A stretch of 64,000 nucleotides of DNA, taken from NCBI GenBank assembly GCA_902800245.1, contig CADCDY010000003.1:27534-91533 (forward strand). Reading direction: 5' to 3'. A model generated the notes under the pieces. It was not told the origin of the DNA. It saw nothing but the letters and a program-made list of their open reading frames with translations, and did not search any database. Positions 9,151-17,784 of this stretch are shown piece by piece (the stretch's first letter is position 1; the number at the start of each line of letters is the position of its first letter). The translations under genes and the position numbers were made by a program. The DNA is from an uncultured Prevotellaceae bacterium. GTDB taxonomy: Bacteria > Bacteroidota > Bacteroidia > Bacteroidales > Bacteroidaceae.

Positions 9151-11314
9151 GTTTGGGGTGCACTATCGGGAAATGCTCGCGACTGTTATTATAGACGGGA
9201 TTGACGGCCTTCATACCCATGTCGAAACGAAGAATGAAATAGTCGAAATTCAAGCGGAATCCCAAACCATAGCTGGCGGCTATCTGTTTCCAGAATTCTG
9301 AAAACTTAAACTGTCCGCCCGGAACATCCTCGTAATCGCGTAAGTTCCATATATTACCGGCATCCACAAACAGCGCACCGTCAAACTTCCAGAACAGGTG
9401 GGCACGATACTCCATGTTCAGGTCGAGTTTCATGTCACCGATATGGTAAATATAAATTACCTTACCGTCATCGTTGTGAAAACTTCCCGGACCCAAGCTA
9501 CGCACGCTCCATCCGCGAACGCTGTTGGCACCACCCGAGAAATAGCTCTTCTCGAAAGGTAGCACGTCGCTGTTGCCATAGGGATAGGCTATGCCCAGCC
9601 CCGCATGGAACACGAGCTGGCGACGATAGCCGAGCTGGAGGTTGCGCGTATAGTCCACATCACCCTTCACGTATTGTGCATAAGCCACATCCAGGAAAGT
9701 ATATTCGCCCTCATCATTCTTGTGGAACCCAAAGGAGTGAGCCATCAAGTCCAGCAGGTTACCACCCGTCTCGATGTTCGTCTTGATAGCAAATCGTCCG
9801 TTGTTATAGCTGTAGCGGAATCCCGTGCGCATAATAAAGAGGTCGGAGTAGTTGATGAGTACCAGCGAATTACGCCTCGCGGCATCATTCAGATAGTCTT
9901 CCCTGAACTTGTCGCTAATCCAGGGCATCGAGATGAAATTCAATTCGAGCAGGTCTATCTGGTAGCGGTCGTAATGCTGGGGATTGTTCCATTTGTAGCG
10001 CCAACTGGCATTCATCACACGACGCAGAAACTCGGGGCGGTCCTGCAAATCGTACATCAGCGAGACCTCTGACGATGCGTTGATACGCTGACGGAACGCG
10101 TTGGACAGGAAGGGGGCAATGAATCGCGGGAACGACAGACTCGTCTGCAGACTGTATTCCAGGAAGTTGGAGTTGGAATAGCCCTCGAGTCCCTTGATAG
10201 CCTCATAGGCTCCGCGCAATTCGACGGAGAACAATTCAGAACCACGGAAGATGTTACGGTTCTGATAGGTCAGCGATGCGGCAAATCCCAAGTCACCCGC
10301 AGTATTGGTACCCTCGGGTTGGAACGAAATCGACGACGGTTTGTTGGTACTGAGCTGGATATCACAGTCGAGCAGCCTCTTTTCGGTGTCTTCCTGGAAA
10401 CTGATGTTCGTATAGCGAATGGCCCCCAGACGTCCGAAATGATTATAGGTCGTTTGCTGGTCACTAGCCGAATACAAGTCGCCCGAACGAATGAAGGTAT
10501 TGTTGCGTAACACGGTGGGACGCAGGTGGATAACCGTATCGTTGGCATTGCCACTATGGAAGCGGATGTCGCGGATAGTGTACTGCAAGTGATTGGTGTC
10601 GGTCACCTGATTGTTGCGGAAACGGTGCAGCACCAGCGTGAGGTCAATGCCGGTTGTTCCCGGAACAGAGTCGGCCCTGTACGTGATGAAGTCCTTGTTG
10701 AAACGGTAATAACCCGTATTTGTCAGCAACTGGGTGATACGCTTGCGCTCATTGTCGAGGGTCTCCAGACTGAAGGTCATTCCGCGGTGCAAGCCACGAT
10801 TCTCGGGCTTGTCCACCTCCAGAATCTGCGCTATCACCGTATCCTGTATGTCGTAATCGACGTGACGGAGCGAATAAATGTCACCCGGATGAACATTGTA
10901 CGTGGTACGCAGTTTACGTCCCTTCGTCGTGTTGTCAGCGTCAACCGTCGCACGCAGGTAACCCATATTCTGAATCTGGGCCTGCAGACTCTTGATCGAC
11001 AGCAGCGTCTGTGCCGAATCGTAGAGCACCGGAGCCTCGCCGATGTTGCGCAACATGCGGTTGACCCACCGCGACGTGTCGCGTCCGGAGAGAGAATAGG
11101 TGTAGAGAGGTATCTTGATTGCCGAAAACCATCGCGAATTACCGGTCTGACGGATGTAATCCCGCATCTCGGCAGTGGTCAGCCCACGAACAGGAGCGTC
11201 ACTTTTCACCTGCACCTTATCCAACAGATATTCGCCTTCAGCGACATATTTCGTCTCTGAACACGAGGTCAAAATCATGACCAACAAGGCGCCAATGAAA
11301 AAAAACTGCTTCAT
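9104..11314 (-). CDS. BamA/TamA (Omp85) family outer-membrane lipoprotein (TamL-like)
   Basis: Lipobox LTSC, POTRA-like region, SYFSGGANSVRGW, FVDAGNIW and C-terminal FAVGLPF. Confidence 0.9.
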   Translation of the reverse strand: MKQFFFIGALLVMILTSCSETKYVAEGEYLLDKVQVKSDAPVRGLTTAEMRDYIRQTGNSRWFSAIKIPLYTYSLSGRDTSRWVNRMLRNIGEAPVLYDSAQTLLSIKSLQAQIQNMGYLRATVDADNTTKGRKLRTTYNVHPGDIYSLRHVDYDIQDTVIAQILEVDKPENRGLHRGMTFSLETLDNERKRITQLLTNTGYYRFNKDFITYRADSVPGTTGIDLTLVLHRFRNNQVTDTNHLQYTIRDIRFHSGNANDTVIHLRPTVLRNNTFIRSGDLYSASDQQTTYNHFGRLGAIRYTNISFQEDTEKRLLDCDIQLSTNKPSSISFQPEGTNTAGDLGFAASLTYQNRNIFRGSELFSVELRGAYEAIKGLEGYSNSNFLEYSLQTSLSFPRFIAPFLSNAFRQRINASSEVSLMYDLQDRPEFLRRVMNASWRYKWNNPQHYDRYQIDLLELNFISMPWISDKFREDYLNDAARRNSLVLINYSDLFIMRTGFRYSYNNGRFAIKTNIETGGNLLDLMAHSFGFHKNDEGEYTFLDVAYAQYVKGDVDYTRNLQLGYRRQLVFHAGLGIAYPYGNSDVLPFEKSYFSGGANSVRGWSVRSLGPGSFHNDDGKVIYIYHIGDMKLDLNMEYRAHLFWKFDGALFVDAGNIWNLRDYEDVPGGQFKFSEFWKQIAASYGLGFRLNFDYFILRFDMGMKAVNPVYNNSREHFPIVHPKLSRDFAFHFAVGLPF

Positions 11315-11319
11315 TTTCG

Positions 11320-11363
11320 AGGCAAAGGTACGAAAAAAACTAAACTTTTTCGTAATTTTGCAC
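11320..11363. promoter_or_regulatory. Closely spaced divergent promoters
   Basis: TACCTTTG on the minus strand and TAATTTTG on the plus strand, about 30 bp apart. Confidence 0.6.
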
Positions 11364-11381
11364 ACAAATAATGCAAAAAAC

Positions 11382-12134
11382 ATGATTAGCAAGAACCAAA
11401 TCAAGCTGATTCGCTCGCTCGAGCTGAAGAAAAACCGCCGGCGCGAGAACCTTTTTGTGGCCGAAGGGCCAAAGGTTGTCGGTGACCTGTTACAGGCGGG
11501 TTACGTCCCCCACTCCATCTTTTCGACCACCGAACGTCCTGATGCACAGCTCATTACCGACGAAGAGCTGCATCGCATCAGTTTCCTGCAACACCCACAG
11601 GAGGTACTGGCCCTGTTCGAAATCCCAACAGCTAACAGCCAAAAGCTAACAGCCAAAAGCCAACAGCTAACAGCTAACAGCCAAAAGCTCTCCCTCGCGC
11701 TCGACGGCGTTCAGGACCCTGGCAACGTAGGAACCATCATCCGCATTGCCGACTGGTTTGGCATCGACACCATCTATTGCTCGCCCGACACTGCCGACGT
11801 ATACAACCCCAAGGTCGTCCAGGCCACCATGGGCAGTATCGCACACGTACATATTATATATTGCGACCTGCTGGAGTTGTTCGCTCAATGCCAATGTCCC
11901 GTGTATGGCACCCTACTCGACGGCAAGAACATCTACGAACAGCCTCTCTCTGCTGACGGCATCATCGTGATGGGCAACGAGGGCAACGGCATCTCCGAGG
12001 CCGTCCGCCAGCATATCACACACCGTTTGCTCATCCCCAACTACCACACGGGCGACCACACCGCAGAAAGCCTCAACGTGGCCATAGCGACAGCCATCAC
12101 CTGTGCTGAATTCAAGAGGAGGACCGCCCTATGA
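11382..12134 (+). CDS. TrmH/SpoU family RNA methyltransferase
   Basis: FVAEG, LDGVQDPGNVGTIIR, MGNEGNG and ESLNVA SPOUT motifs. Confidence 0.92.
   Translation: MISKNQIKLIRSLELKKNRRRENLFVAEGPKVVGDLLQAGYVPHSIFSTTERPDAQLITDEELHRISFLQHPQEVLALFEIPTANSQKLTAKSQQLTANSQKLSLALDGVQDPGNVGTIIRIADWFGIDTIYCSPDTADVYNPKVVQATMGSIAHVHIIYCDLLELFAQCQCPVYGTLLDGKNIYEQPLSADGIIVMGNEGNGISEAVRQHITHRLLIPNYHTGDHTAESLNVAIATAITCAEFKRRTAL
11625..11687 (+). repeat. In-frame heptamer array (CYAAMAG)x9
   Basis: ccaacag ctaacag ccaaaag ctaacag ccaaaag ccaacag ctaacag ctaacag ccaaaag; 63 bp equals 21 codons. Confidence 0.95.
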
Positions 12135-12925
12135 TATTCTATTTCACTGGCACGGGGAATACCCGCTGGGCTGCCCAGCAACTGGCAGAAGCCACCAACG
12201 ACGAACTGCGCTTTATTCCTGACGAGCTCAACAAAGGCGACCTCCATTATACGCTGAAAGACGGCGAACGCCTGGGATTCTGCTTTCCCACCCACGGCTG
12301 GCAACCGCCACGCATCGTCCGTGAATTCATCCGCAAGGCCACCTTCACCCTTCCGACATCTTCCGTCAGCCCTCAGCTCTCTTACATCTACGCCCTCACC
12401 ACCTGTGGCGACAACATGGGCTACGCCATGCGCATCTTCGATAAAGAACTGATGCAGAAGGGGTTACACACCGATGCGCGCTTTGCCATCGTCATGCCCG
12501 AATCCAACGTCTGCTTCTCGTTCCTCCATCTCGACACCGAAGAGAAAGCCCTCCGGAAAGTCGAGAATGCCCGCCAGCGCATGACACATATCTGCCAGGT
12601 TGTCACCGAACGCCAGCGCAATGTCGAGGAACTCGTCAAAGGCGCCATTCCCTTTACCTACACCTACGTCATTGGCGGTTATTACAACAAACATCTCATC
12701 ACCGACCGTCATTTCTGGGTCGATGCCGAGGCCTGTATCCAGTGCGGCCTGTGCGCCAAGCTATGTCCTGTCGACGACATAAAAAGTACACCGCCCGTGT
12801 GGCAACACAACGAACGGTGTACGAATTGTCTGGCCTGTTATCACCACTGTCCCCGTCACGCCATCCATTGGGGCGACATGCAACGCGGACAGTATCTGCT
12901 CAGTAAACTCTTGGTCCGAAAATAG
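12131..12925 (+). CDS. EFR1-type flavodoxin / 4Fe-4S ferredoxin fusion
   Basis: YFTGTGNT flavodoxin start; CIQCGLCAKLCP and CTNCLACYHHCP cluster motifs. Confidence 0.88.
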   Translation: MIFYFTGTGNTRWAAQQLAEATNDELRFIPDELNKGDLHYTLKDGERLGFCFPTHGWQPPRIVREFIRKATFTLPTSSVSPQLSYIYALTTCGDNMGYAMRIFDKELMQKGLHTDARFAIVMPESNVCFSFLHLDTEEKALRKVENARQRMTHICQVVTERQRNVEELVKGAIPFTYTYVIGGYYNKHLITDRHFWVDAEACIQCGLCAKLCPVDDIKSTPPVWQHNERCTNCLACYHHCPRHAIHWGDMQRGQYLLSKLLVRK

Positions 12926-13571
12926 TCGTCCCGATGCGGACCATCGTACTCCCCTCCTCTACGGCTATCCCGTAGTCGTGGCTCATGCCCCACGAACGCT
13001 CGCAGAAATAGGGCGCATCGGCAAAATAACGCTCTTTGATTTCGTCAAAAAGCCTATGTGCCAACCGAAACTCCGAACGGATCTGTTCTTCGTCGTCCAC
13101 GTACGACGCCATCATCATCAGTCCGCAGATGCGCACATGCTGCAACTGGCGCCATTCGCCACCGGCCATCAACTCGCGCAGAGCGTCGGGTGTCAGACCG
13201 TATTTCGTCTCTTCCTCGGCAATATGAAGCTCCAGCAGTACGTCTATAACGCGCTCATTCTTAGATGCTTGCTTGTCAATTTCACACAAAAGCTTCAACG
13301 AGTCCACTGCCTCAATCATCGTCACGTAAGGTGCAATATATTTTACCTTGTTCGTCTGCAGATGACCGATAAAATGCCACTGGATATCCTTCGGCAGTGT
13401 CTCGTGTTTCTGACGCAATTCCTGCTCGTGGCTCTCGCCGAACGTACGCTGACCCTCGGCATAAGCAGCCTCGATATATTCGTTGGGATGATACTTGCTG
13501 ATGGCCACCAGACGGACGCCTTGTGGCAATCGGGACAACACCTCACGCAAATTTCCTTGAACGTCGTACAT
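12900..13571 (-). CDS. yggS: PLP homeostasis protein, YggS family
   Basis: LVAISK, WHFIGHLQTNK, GLMMM, SWGMSHDY and GSTMVRIGTTIFG motifs. The ORF-track extension to 13607 is a translated heptamer array. Confidence 0.93.
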   Translation of the reverse strand: MYDVQGNLREVLSRLPQGVRLVAISKYHPNEYIEAAYAEGQRTFGESHEQELRQKHETLPKDIQWHFIGHLQTNKVKYIAPYVTMIEAVDSLKLLCEIDKQASKNERVIDVLLELHIAEEETKYGLTPDALRELMAGGEWRQLQHVRICGLMMMASYVDDEEQIRSEFRLAHRLFDEIKERYFADAPYFCERSWGMSHDYGIAVEEGSTMVRIGTTIFGPRVY

Positions 13572-13576
13572 TATAT

Positions 13577-13610
13577 TAATTGACAATTGATAATTGATAA
13601 TTGACAATTA
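13577..13610. repeat. Heptamer array (YAATTGA)x~5
   Basis: taattga caattga taattga taattga caatta, filling the spacer between the DUF4494 stop and the yggS start. Confidence 0.9.
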
Positions 13611-14114
13611 ACCTTCAAACTCCGGTTTGTCGTTCCCTGACCTTTGGTCAGAGTGTGGCGTTGCATTCTGCTCCTTCTTAGCGTATTCGAACACATCCAT
13701 CAGCGTGGTTTCGGCAACGGTGGCAATGACGTAGTCAATCATCGTCGTACCCATCACGCTCTCGATGTTGTTCACGGCACCTTTCAGCGTACCGGCCTGC
13801 ACCAGGTAGTTCACGTTCGAGCGCTTCTCCTTCTCCGTCTTCTCGTCGATGGTGATAAACTGCAGCTTTGCCTTATACCAGCGGTCGGCCATCTCCTCTT
13901 CCGAGAAGAAGATCTCCTTATAGCTGGCAATCTTGATATCCTCGATAGTAAACTCGCCACTGATATAGCTCGACATTTCTTCCATAATGCGGCTCTCGGC
14001 CTCCGTAAAGCTCAGGGCGTCCACTACGTAATTCTCCTTTACCTTCTTCTGCAAGCCGTCCTCCATCACTTTCTCGTAGGCTATCTTGCACTCAAACCAA
14101 ATTGCTGTTCTTGA
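13608..14114 (-). pseudogene. DUF4494-family protein that has lost its start codon
   Basis: The frame reads SRTAIWFECKIAYEKVMEDGLQKKVKENYVVDALSFTEAE... with no ATG before an in-frame TGA upstream. It overlaps the 3' end of the kinase-like gene. Confidence 0.7.
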
Positions 14115-15331
14115 CTGTTGGTGTTCAGCTGTTGTTTCTTCTGATTCGTGATACGGTCAATAATCTCAGTGGCAATGAGCTGCGAACGCTCGGGCGTCAG
14201 ACCCGCGTCGGCACCAATCTCGCTCTGCGACTTCATCAGCTCCTCAATGGTCGACTCGCTCTCCGCCATGAATTTCTTCTCGCTATTGCTCATATACTCC
14301 TTATTATATATCTTCGACAGGATGCGGTCGGCCTCCTTCTCGTAGCGCTTACGGAATATCTCCTCGGCCTTCGCCTGGAAGTCACGCTGGTCGGCTTCGT
14401 CCACCACCAGCGAGTCACCATCGCTCGTCACACCCAGTTCTGCCGGGTCGAAACCGTCGTCCAATAGGTCGTCGGTCGCCGTGCGCGGAACAGGCTTCAC
14501 AAACTCAATAGGCTGAGTCTCAGGGAAATACTCGAAATACAGGCCCACACATATCGCCGTAATGACCAGGGCAATGACAACGGTCATGACCGAACGGAAA
14601 CTGGCCCGACGCTTCATGATGGCCTTCACCATGTCTGCAGGCGTGTCGTAGCGGTCCTCGGGGGCTTCGCTGACGGCTTTCTTCAGTGCCTTGCGGTACT
14701 CCAGCGGCAGGTCGCTCTGGTCATACAGGCTGAGCATAAACTTACCGATGCTGTAGATGTCACAACGGTTGTCTATCGAACCACCGTTCAACACCTCGGG
14801 AGCTACAAACTCGGCATCGTCGCCATAGAACGCCCGCTGGTCGCTCAGTCCACCGTAGAACGAGCCGTGCGTCAGCAACAGTGCATTGTTGTCACCCTTG
14901 CGCACAAATACCGTCTTCGGTGAGAAACACACATGGCGCAGTCCCTGCTCGTGCAGATACGTCGTAGCATCCGCCAGCGACGTCAGCACGTTGTCCATGA
15001 ATCCCTTCTCGGCCACCACTGCCGGATTGTCCTTCAGCAACTGGTCGAAAGTCTGGTAGTTTCCCAGTTCCAGCTCCAGGCGCGTCACGTCGCCCTCGTC
15101 GTTCGTCACGGGCGTATAGTGCAGCTGGTGTTTGTCCATCAGCGTCTTGTTCCGCTCACACTCCGCCTGCAAGGCCTTCGCAAAGGCGATGTTCTGGTTC
15201 AGTTCCGGACGAATGTCCACCACTCCACGCCATTTGCCGTCCACCTGCTCACGATAGAAACCGCCTATCGGCAGCATCACCGGATGCTTCTTGCCATCAT
15301 TCCTGGCTGCCAGTAACTCTTCGTAATTCAT
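14081..15331 (-). CDS. Membrane-anchored Ser/Thr kinase-like protein (probable pseudokinase); C-terminus probably altered by a deletion
   Basis: Kinase C-lobe motifs FVAPEV, DIYSIG and PEDRY. The catalytic loop reads HVCFSPKT. One TM helix (VMTVVIALVITAICVGLYF). Confidence 0.75.
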   Translation of the reverse strand: MNYEELLAARNDGKKHPVMLPIGGFYREQVDGKWRGVVDIRPELNQNIAFAKALQAECERNKTLMDKHQLHYTPVTNDEGDVTRLELELGNYQTFDQLLKDNPAVVAEKGFMDNVLTSLADATTYLHEQGLRHVCFSPKTVFVRKGDNNALLLTHGSFYGGLSDQRAFYGDDAEFVAPEVLNGGSIDNRCDIYSIGKFMLSLYDQSDLPLEYRKALKKAVSEAPEDRYDTPADMVKAIMKRRASFRSVMTVVIALVITAICVGLYFEYFPETQPIEFVKPVPRTATDDLLDDGFDPAELGVTSDGDSLVVDEADQRDFQAKAEEIFRKRYEKEADRILSKIYNKEYMSNSEKKFMAESESTIEELMKSQSEIGADAGLTPERSQLIATEIIDRITNQKKQQLNTNSQEQQFGLSAR

Positions 15332-15349
15332 GTTTTATTCAGTTTTGAT

Positions 15350-15443
15350 GTGCAAAAGTACACAAAAAAAGTGAACCGACCAAATAATCGAAAAAAAATT
15401 GGGTTTGTTTTGGTATTTTGCTCACTAATTCGTATCTTTGCAG
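15350..15443. promoter_or_regulatory. Divergent promoter region
   Basis: TACTTTTG on the minus strand near 15352-15360 and TATCTTTG on the plus strand at 15433-15440. Confidence 0.6.
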
Positions 15444-15472
15444 GCAGAAACATAAATATTGCAGCAATTATT

Positions 15473-16117
15473 ATGAATAAGAACGAAAGATTTGTTATCA
15501 CCATCAATCGCGAACTGGGCAGTGGTGGTCGTACCGTAGGCCGTAAGCTGGCCGAGAAATTAGGTGTGGAATTCTGCGACAAGCTCGTTGTCAAGGGCTT
15601 GCAGAAGGAGTATAACCTCAGCGTCGAGGAAATCGAACGACAGAAGGGCGAGAGCAGTTCCTGGTGGACCGAGGTCAAGCGCGCCCTGAACGTTGCCCCA
15701 GGCATGGTCGGCAGCGTGGGATATGCCGAAGCCATGAACAACGAAGGCATGTATCCCCCCACCACCAAGGAGATGTTCCAGACGGAGACAAGGATGTTGC
15801 AGGACATCGCCGAACAGGAGTCGCTCGTCGTTGCCGGACGCTCAGGATTCTACGTCTTCCGCAACCACCCCAACCACCTGAACATCCTCATCCAGGCATC
15901 CATGCCCTTCCGCGTGGAGCGCGTCATGCGCAAGCAGGGACTCTCCGAGGACGAGGCCCGCGAGACCATCGACCAGGTGGACGAAATGCGTGAGAACTAC
16001 GTCAAGAAATTTACCGACACCTCACGCTACGACACCCGCAACTACGACCTCGTGATGACTGCCGACGGCAAGACCGAGGACGAACTGGTGGCCGACATCC
16101 TGAAGTTCATCGGCTGA
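15473..16117 (+). CDS. Cytidylate kinase-like family protein
   Basis: VITINRELGSGGRTVG, VVAGRSG and YDL motifs. Confidence 0.88.
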   Translation: MNKNERFVITINRELGSGGRTVGRKLAEKLGVEFCDKLVVKGLQKEYNLSVEEIERQKGESSSWWTEVKRALNVAPGMVGSVGYAEAMNNEGMYPPTTKEMFQTETRMLQDIAEQESLVVAGRSGFYVFRNHPNHLNILIQASMPFRVERVMRKQGLSEDEARETIDQVDEMRENYVKKFTDTSRYDTRNYDLVMTADGKTEDELVADILKFIG

Positions 16118-16261
16118 CGCCGCGAAGCTCCCTTCCAACGCGCCTGCCCGGAAAAGGAAACAAAAAATTCGGGCTCATCGTTTGGTGGGCTCGGTTTTTT
16201 TTCGTACCTTTGCGCAGATATGCATTTAAACGATAACGATAACGAAACGATAACGAAGACT

Positions 16262-17626
16262 ATGACTGACAAGAATGACAAGAGGAACATGAGTCGCAGA
16301 GACTTTTTGCGACGCATGGGTATGGGTGCAGGCGCCGCTGTGGCCATGGGTATGATGGGTCCGCTGAGGATGTTTGCACAGGATGAGAAAACGCAAGTGG
16401 CCGTAGGTCAGAACCGCATGACCTACCGCGTACAGCACGGTAGCGGTGAACAGATCTCGCTGTTGGGGTTCGGCATGATGCGCCTGCCCAGGGAGCAGGA
16501 GGAGGTGGACCGACTGGTGGATTACGCCATCGAACACGGCGTGAACTACTTCGACACGGCGCCAATGTATATGGGTGGCCAGTCGGAGGTGCTGACGGGT
16601 AACACGCTGAGCCGTTTCCCGCGTGACAAATATTTCGTGGCTACGAAGATGTCGAACCAGCGGGAGAACCAGTGGGACTTCGACAAGTCGAAACGGATGT
16701 ACGAACAGTCGTTTGAGCGGCTGAAGGTGGACCACATAGACTACTACCTGCTGCACAGCATCGGCGGTGGCGGCATGGACGCGCTGAAGGGGCGATTTCT
16801 GGACAACGGCCTGCTGGACTTCCTGTTGAAGGAGCGCGAGGCAGGACGCATCAAGCACCTAGGATTCTCGTATCACGGCGACGTCAGGCCCTTCGACTGG
16901 CTGTTGGACCATCAGTCGGAGTACCACTGGGACTTCTGTCAGATACAGATGAACTTCCTGGACTGGCGCCACGCGTCGATGGGTAACGGCTGGCGGAAGG
17001 ATGCCGATGCAGAGTACCTATATAATAAATGTGAGAAGACGGGCGTGCAGTGTGTCATTATGGAACCCCTGCGCGGTGGCGCCTTCGGCAAGATGGCCAA
17101 GGAACTGGAAGACCAGCTGAAGGCCGTCCATCCCAACGACAGCACGGCACGATGGGCATTCCGATGGGTGGGCTCCTACCCTAACATCCTGACGACGCTG
17201 AGCGGCATGAACCAGATGGAACACCTCATTGACAACGTCGAGACATTCTCGCCATTGGAGGTGTGTACGGAGGCGGAGAACGCGCTGTTGGCGGAGATTG
17301 CCGATCAGATGTCGGGATTCCCCACCATACCATGTACGACATGCGAATACTGCATGCCGTGTCCGTACGGTGTAAACATCCCCGGCAATTTTGCGTACTA
17401 CAACGAGGCGGTGAACAACCACATACTGCCGTTGCCCGACAAGGCGGCTGCCGACTATGCCGAGAAGAAACAGCAGTTTGCCGACGGCCTGCGCAAGGCC
17501 CTGCCGAATGTCGAGACGTGGGCACGCAACTGTACGGACTGCGAGGAATGTCTGGCGAAATGTCCGCAGTCTATCCGTATTCCGAACCAGATGTCGCGTA
17601 TCGTGGAACTGTTAAGAAAAGGATGA
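16262..17626 (+). CDS. Tat-exported aldo/keto reductase with 4Fe-4S dicluster
   Basis: SRRDFL Tat motif, LGFGMMRLP, YFDTA, DYYLLH, MEPLRGG, CTTCEYCMPCP and CTDCEECLAKCPQ. Alternative start at 16220. Confidence 0.9.
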   Translation: MTDKNDKRNMSRRDFLRRMGMGAGAAVAMGMMGPLRMFAQDEKTQVAVGQNRMTYRVQHGSGEQISLLGFGMMRLPREQEEVDRLVDYAIEHGVNYFDTAPMYMGGQSEVLTGNTLSRFPRDKYFVATKMSNQRENQWDFDKSKRMYEQSFERLKVDHIDYYLLHSIGGGGMDALKGRFLDNGLLDFLLKEREAGRIKHLGFSYHGDVRPFDWLLDHQSEYHWDFCQIQMNFLDWRHASMGNGWRKDADAEYLYNKCEKTGVQCVIMEPLRGGAFGKMAKELEDQLKAVHPNDSTARWAFRWVGSYPNILTTLSGMNQMEHLIDNVETFSPLEVCTEAENALLAEIADQMSGFPTIPCTTCEYCMPCPYGVNIPGNFAYYNEAVNNHILPLPDKAAADYAEKKQQFADGLRKALPNVETWARNCTDCEECLAKCPQSIRIPNQMSRIVELLRKG

Positions 17627-17670
17627 GGAAAGCGAAAACGAAAAAATATGTACCTTTTTCGCAAGCGAAG

Positions 17671-17745
17671 AAGTTACTTTCGTTCGGAAATGAAAATAAA
17701 TCGAAATTTATTTTGCATTTCGCTCACTTATTCGTAACTTTGCAG
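17671..17745 (+). promoter_or_regulatory. Palindromic promoter-bearing element upstream of glyA
   Basis: AAGTTAC...GTAACTT outer arms and an inner GAAATGAAAATAAAT-cgaa-ATTTATTTTGCATTTC hairpin, ending in TAACTTTG. Confidence 0.6.
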
Positions 17746-17784
17746 ACTCAAAGATATACATTATTATAACACAATAAACAAACA

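Noticed and set aside
11175-11404. Head-to-head overlapping N-terminal extensions in the ORF track (also 2575, 3744, 7740, 8626, 13607, 15350, 45064, 48774, 54085, 57657)
   Set aside because: These come from upstream alternative start codons that run through promoters or neighbouring genes. Motif-based starts lie downstream.
9104-12925. Convergent 3' overlaps (9104-9150 and 12900-12925)
   Set aside because: Short tail-to-tail overlaps are common in compact genomes, and nothing suggests a special function.
16228-16258. AACGAT hexamer run at the start of the aldo/keto reductase
   Set aside because: It is short and probably upstream of the true start at 16262. It may belong to the micro-array class but is too weak to claim separately.
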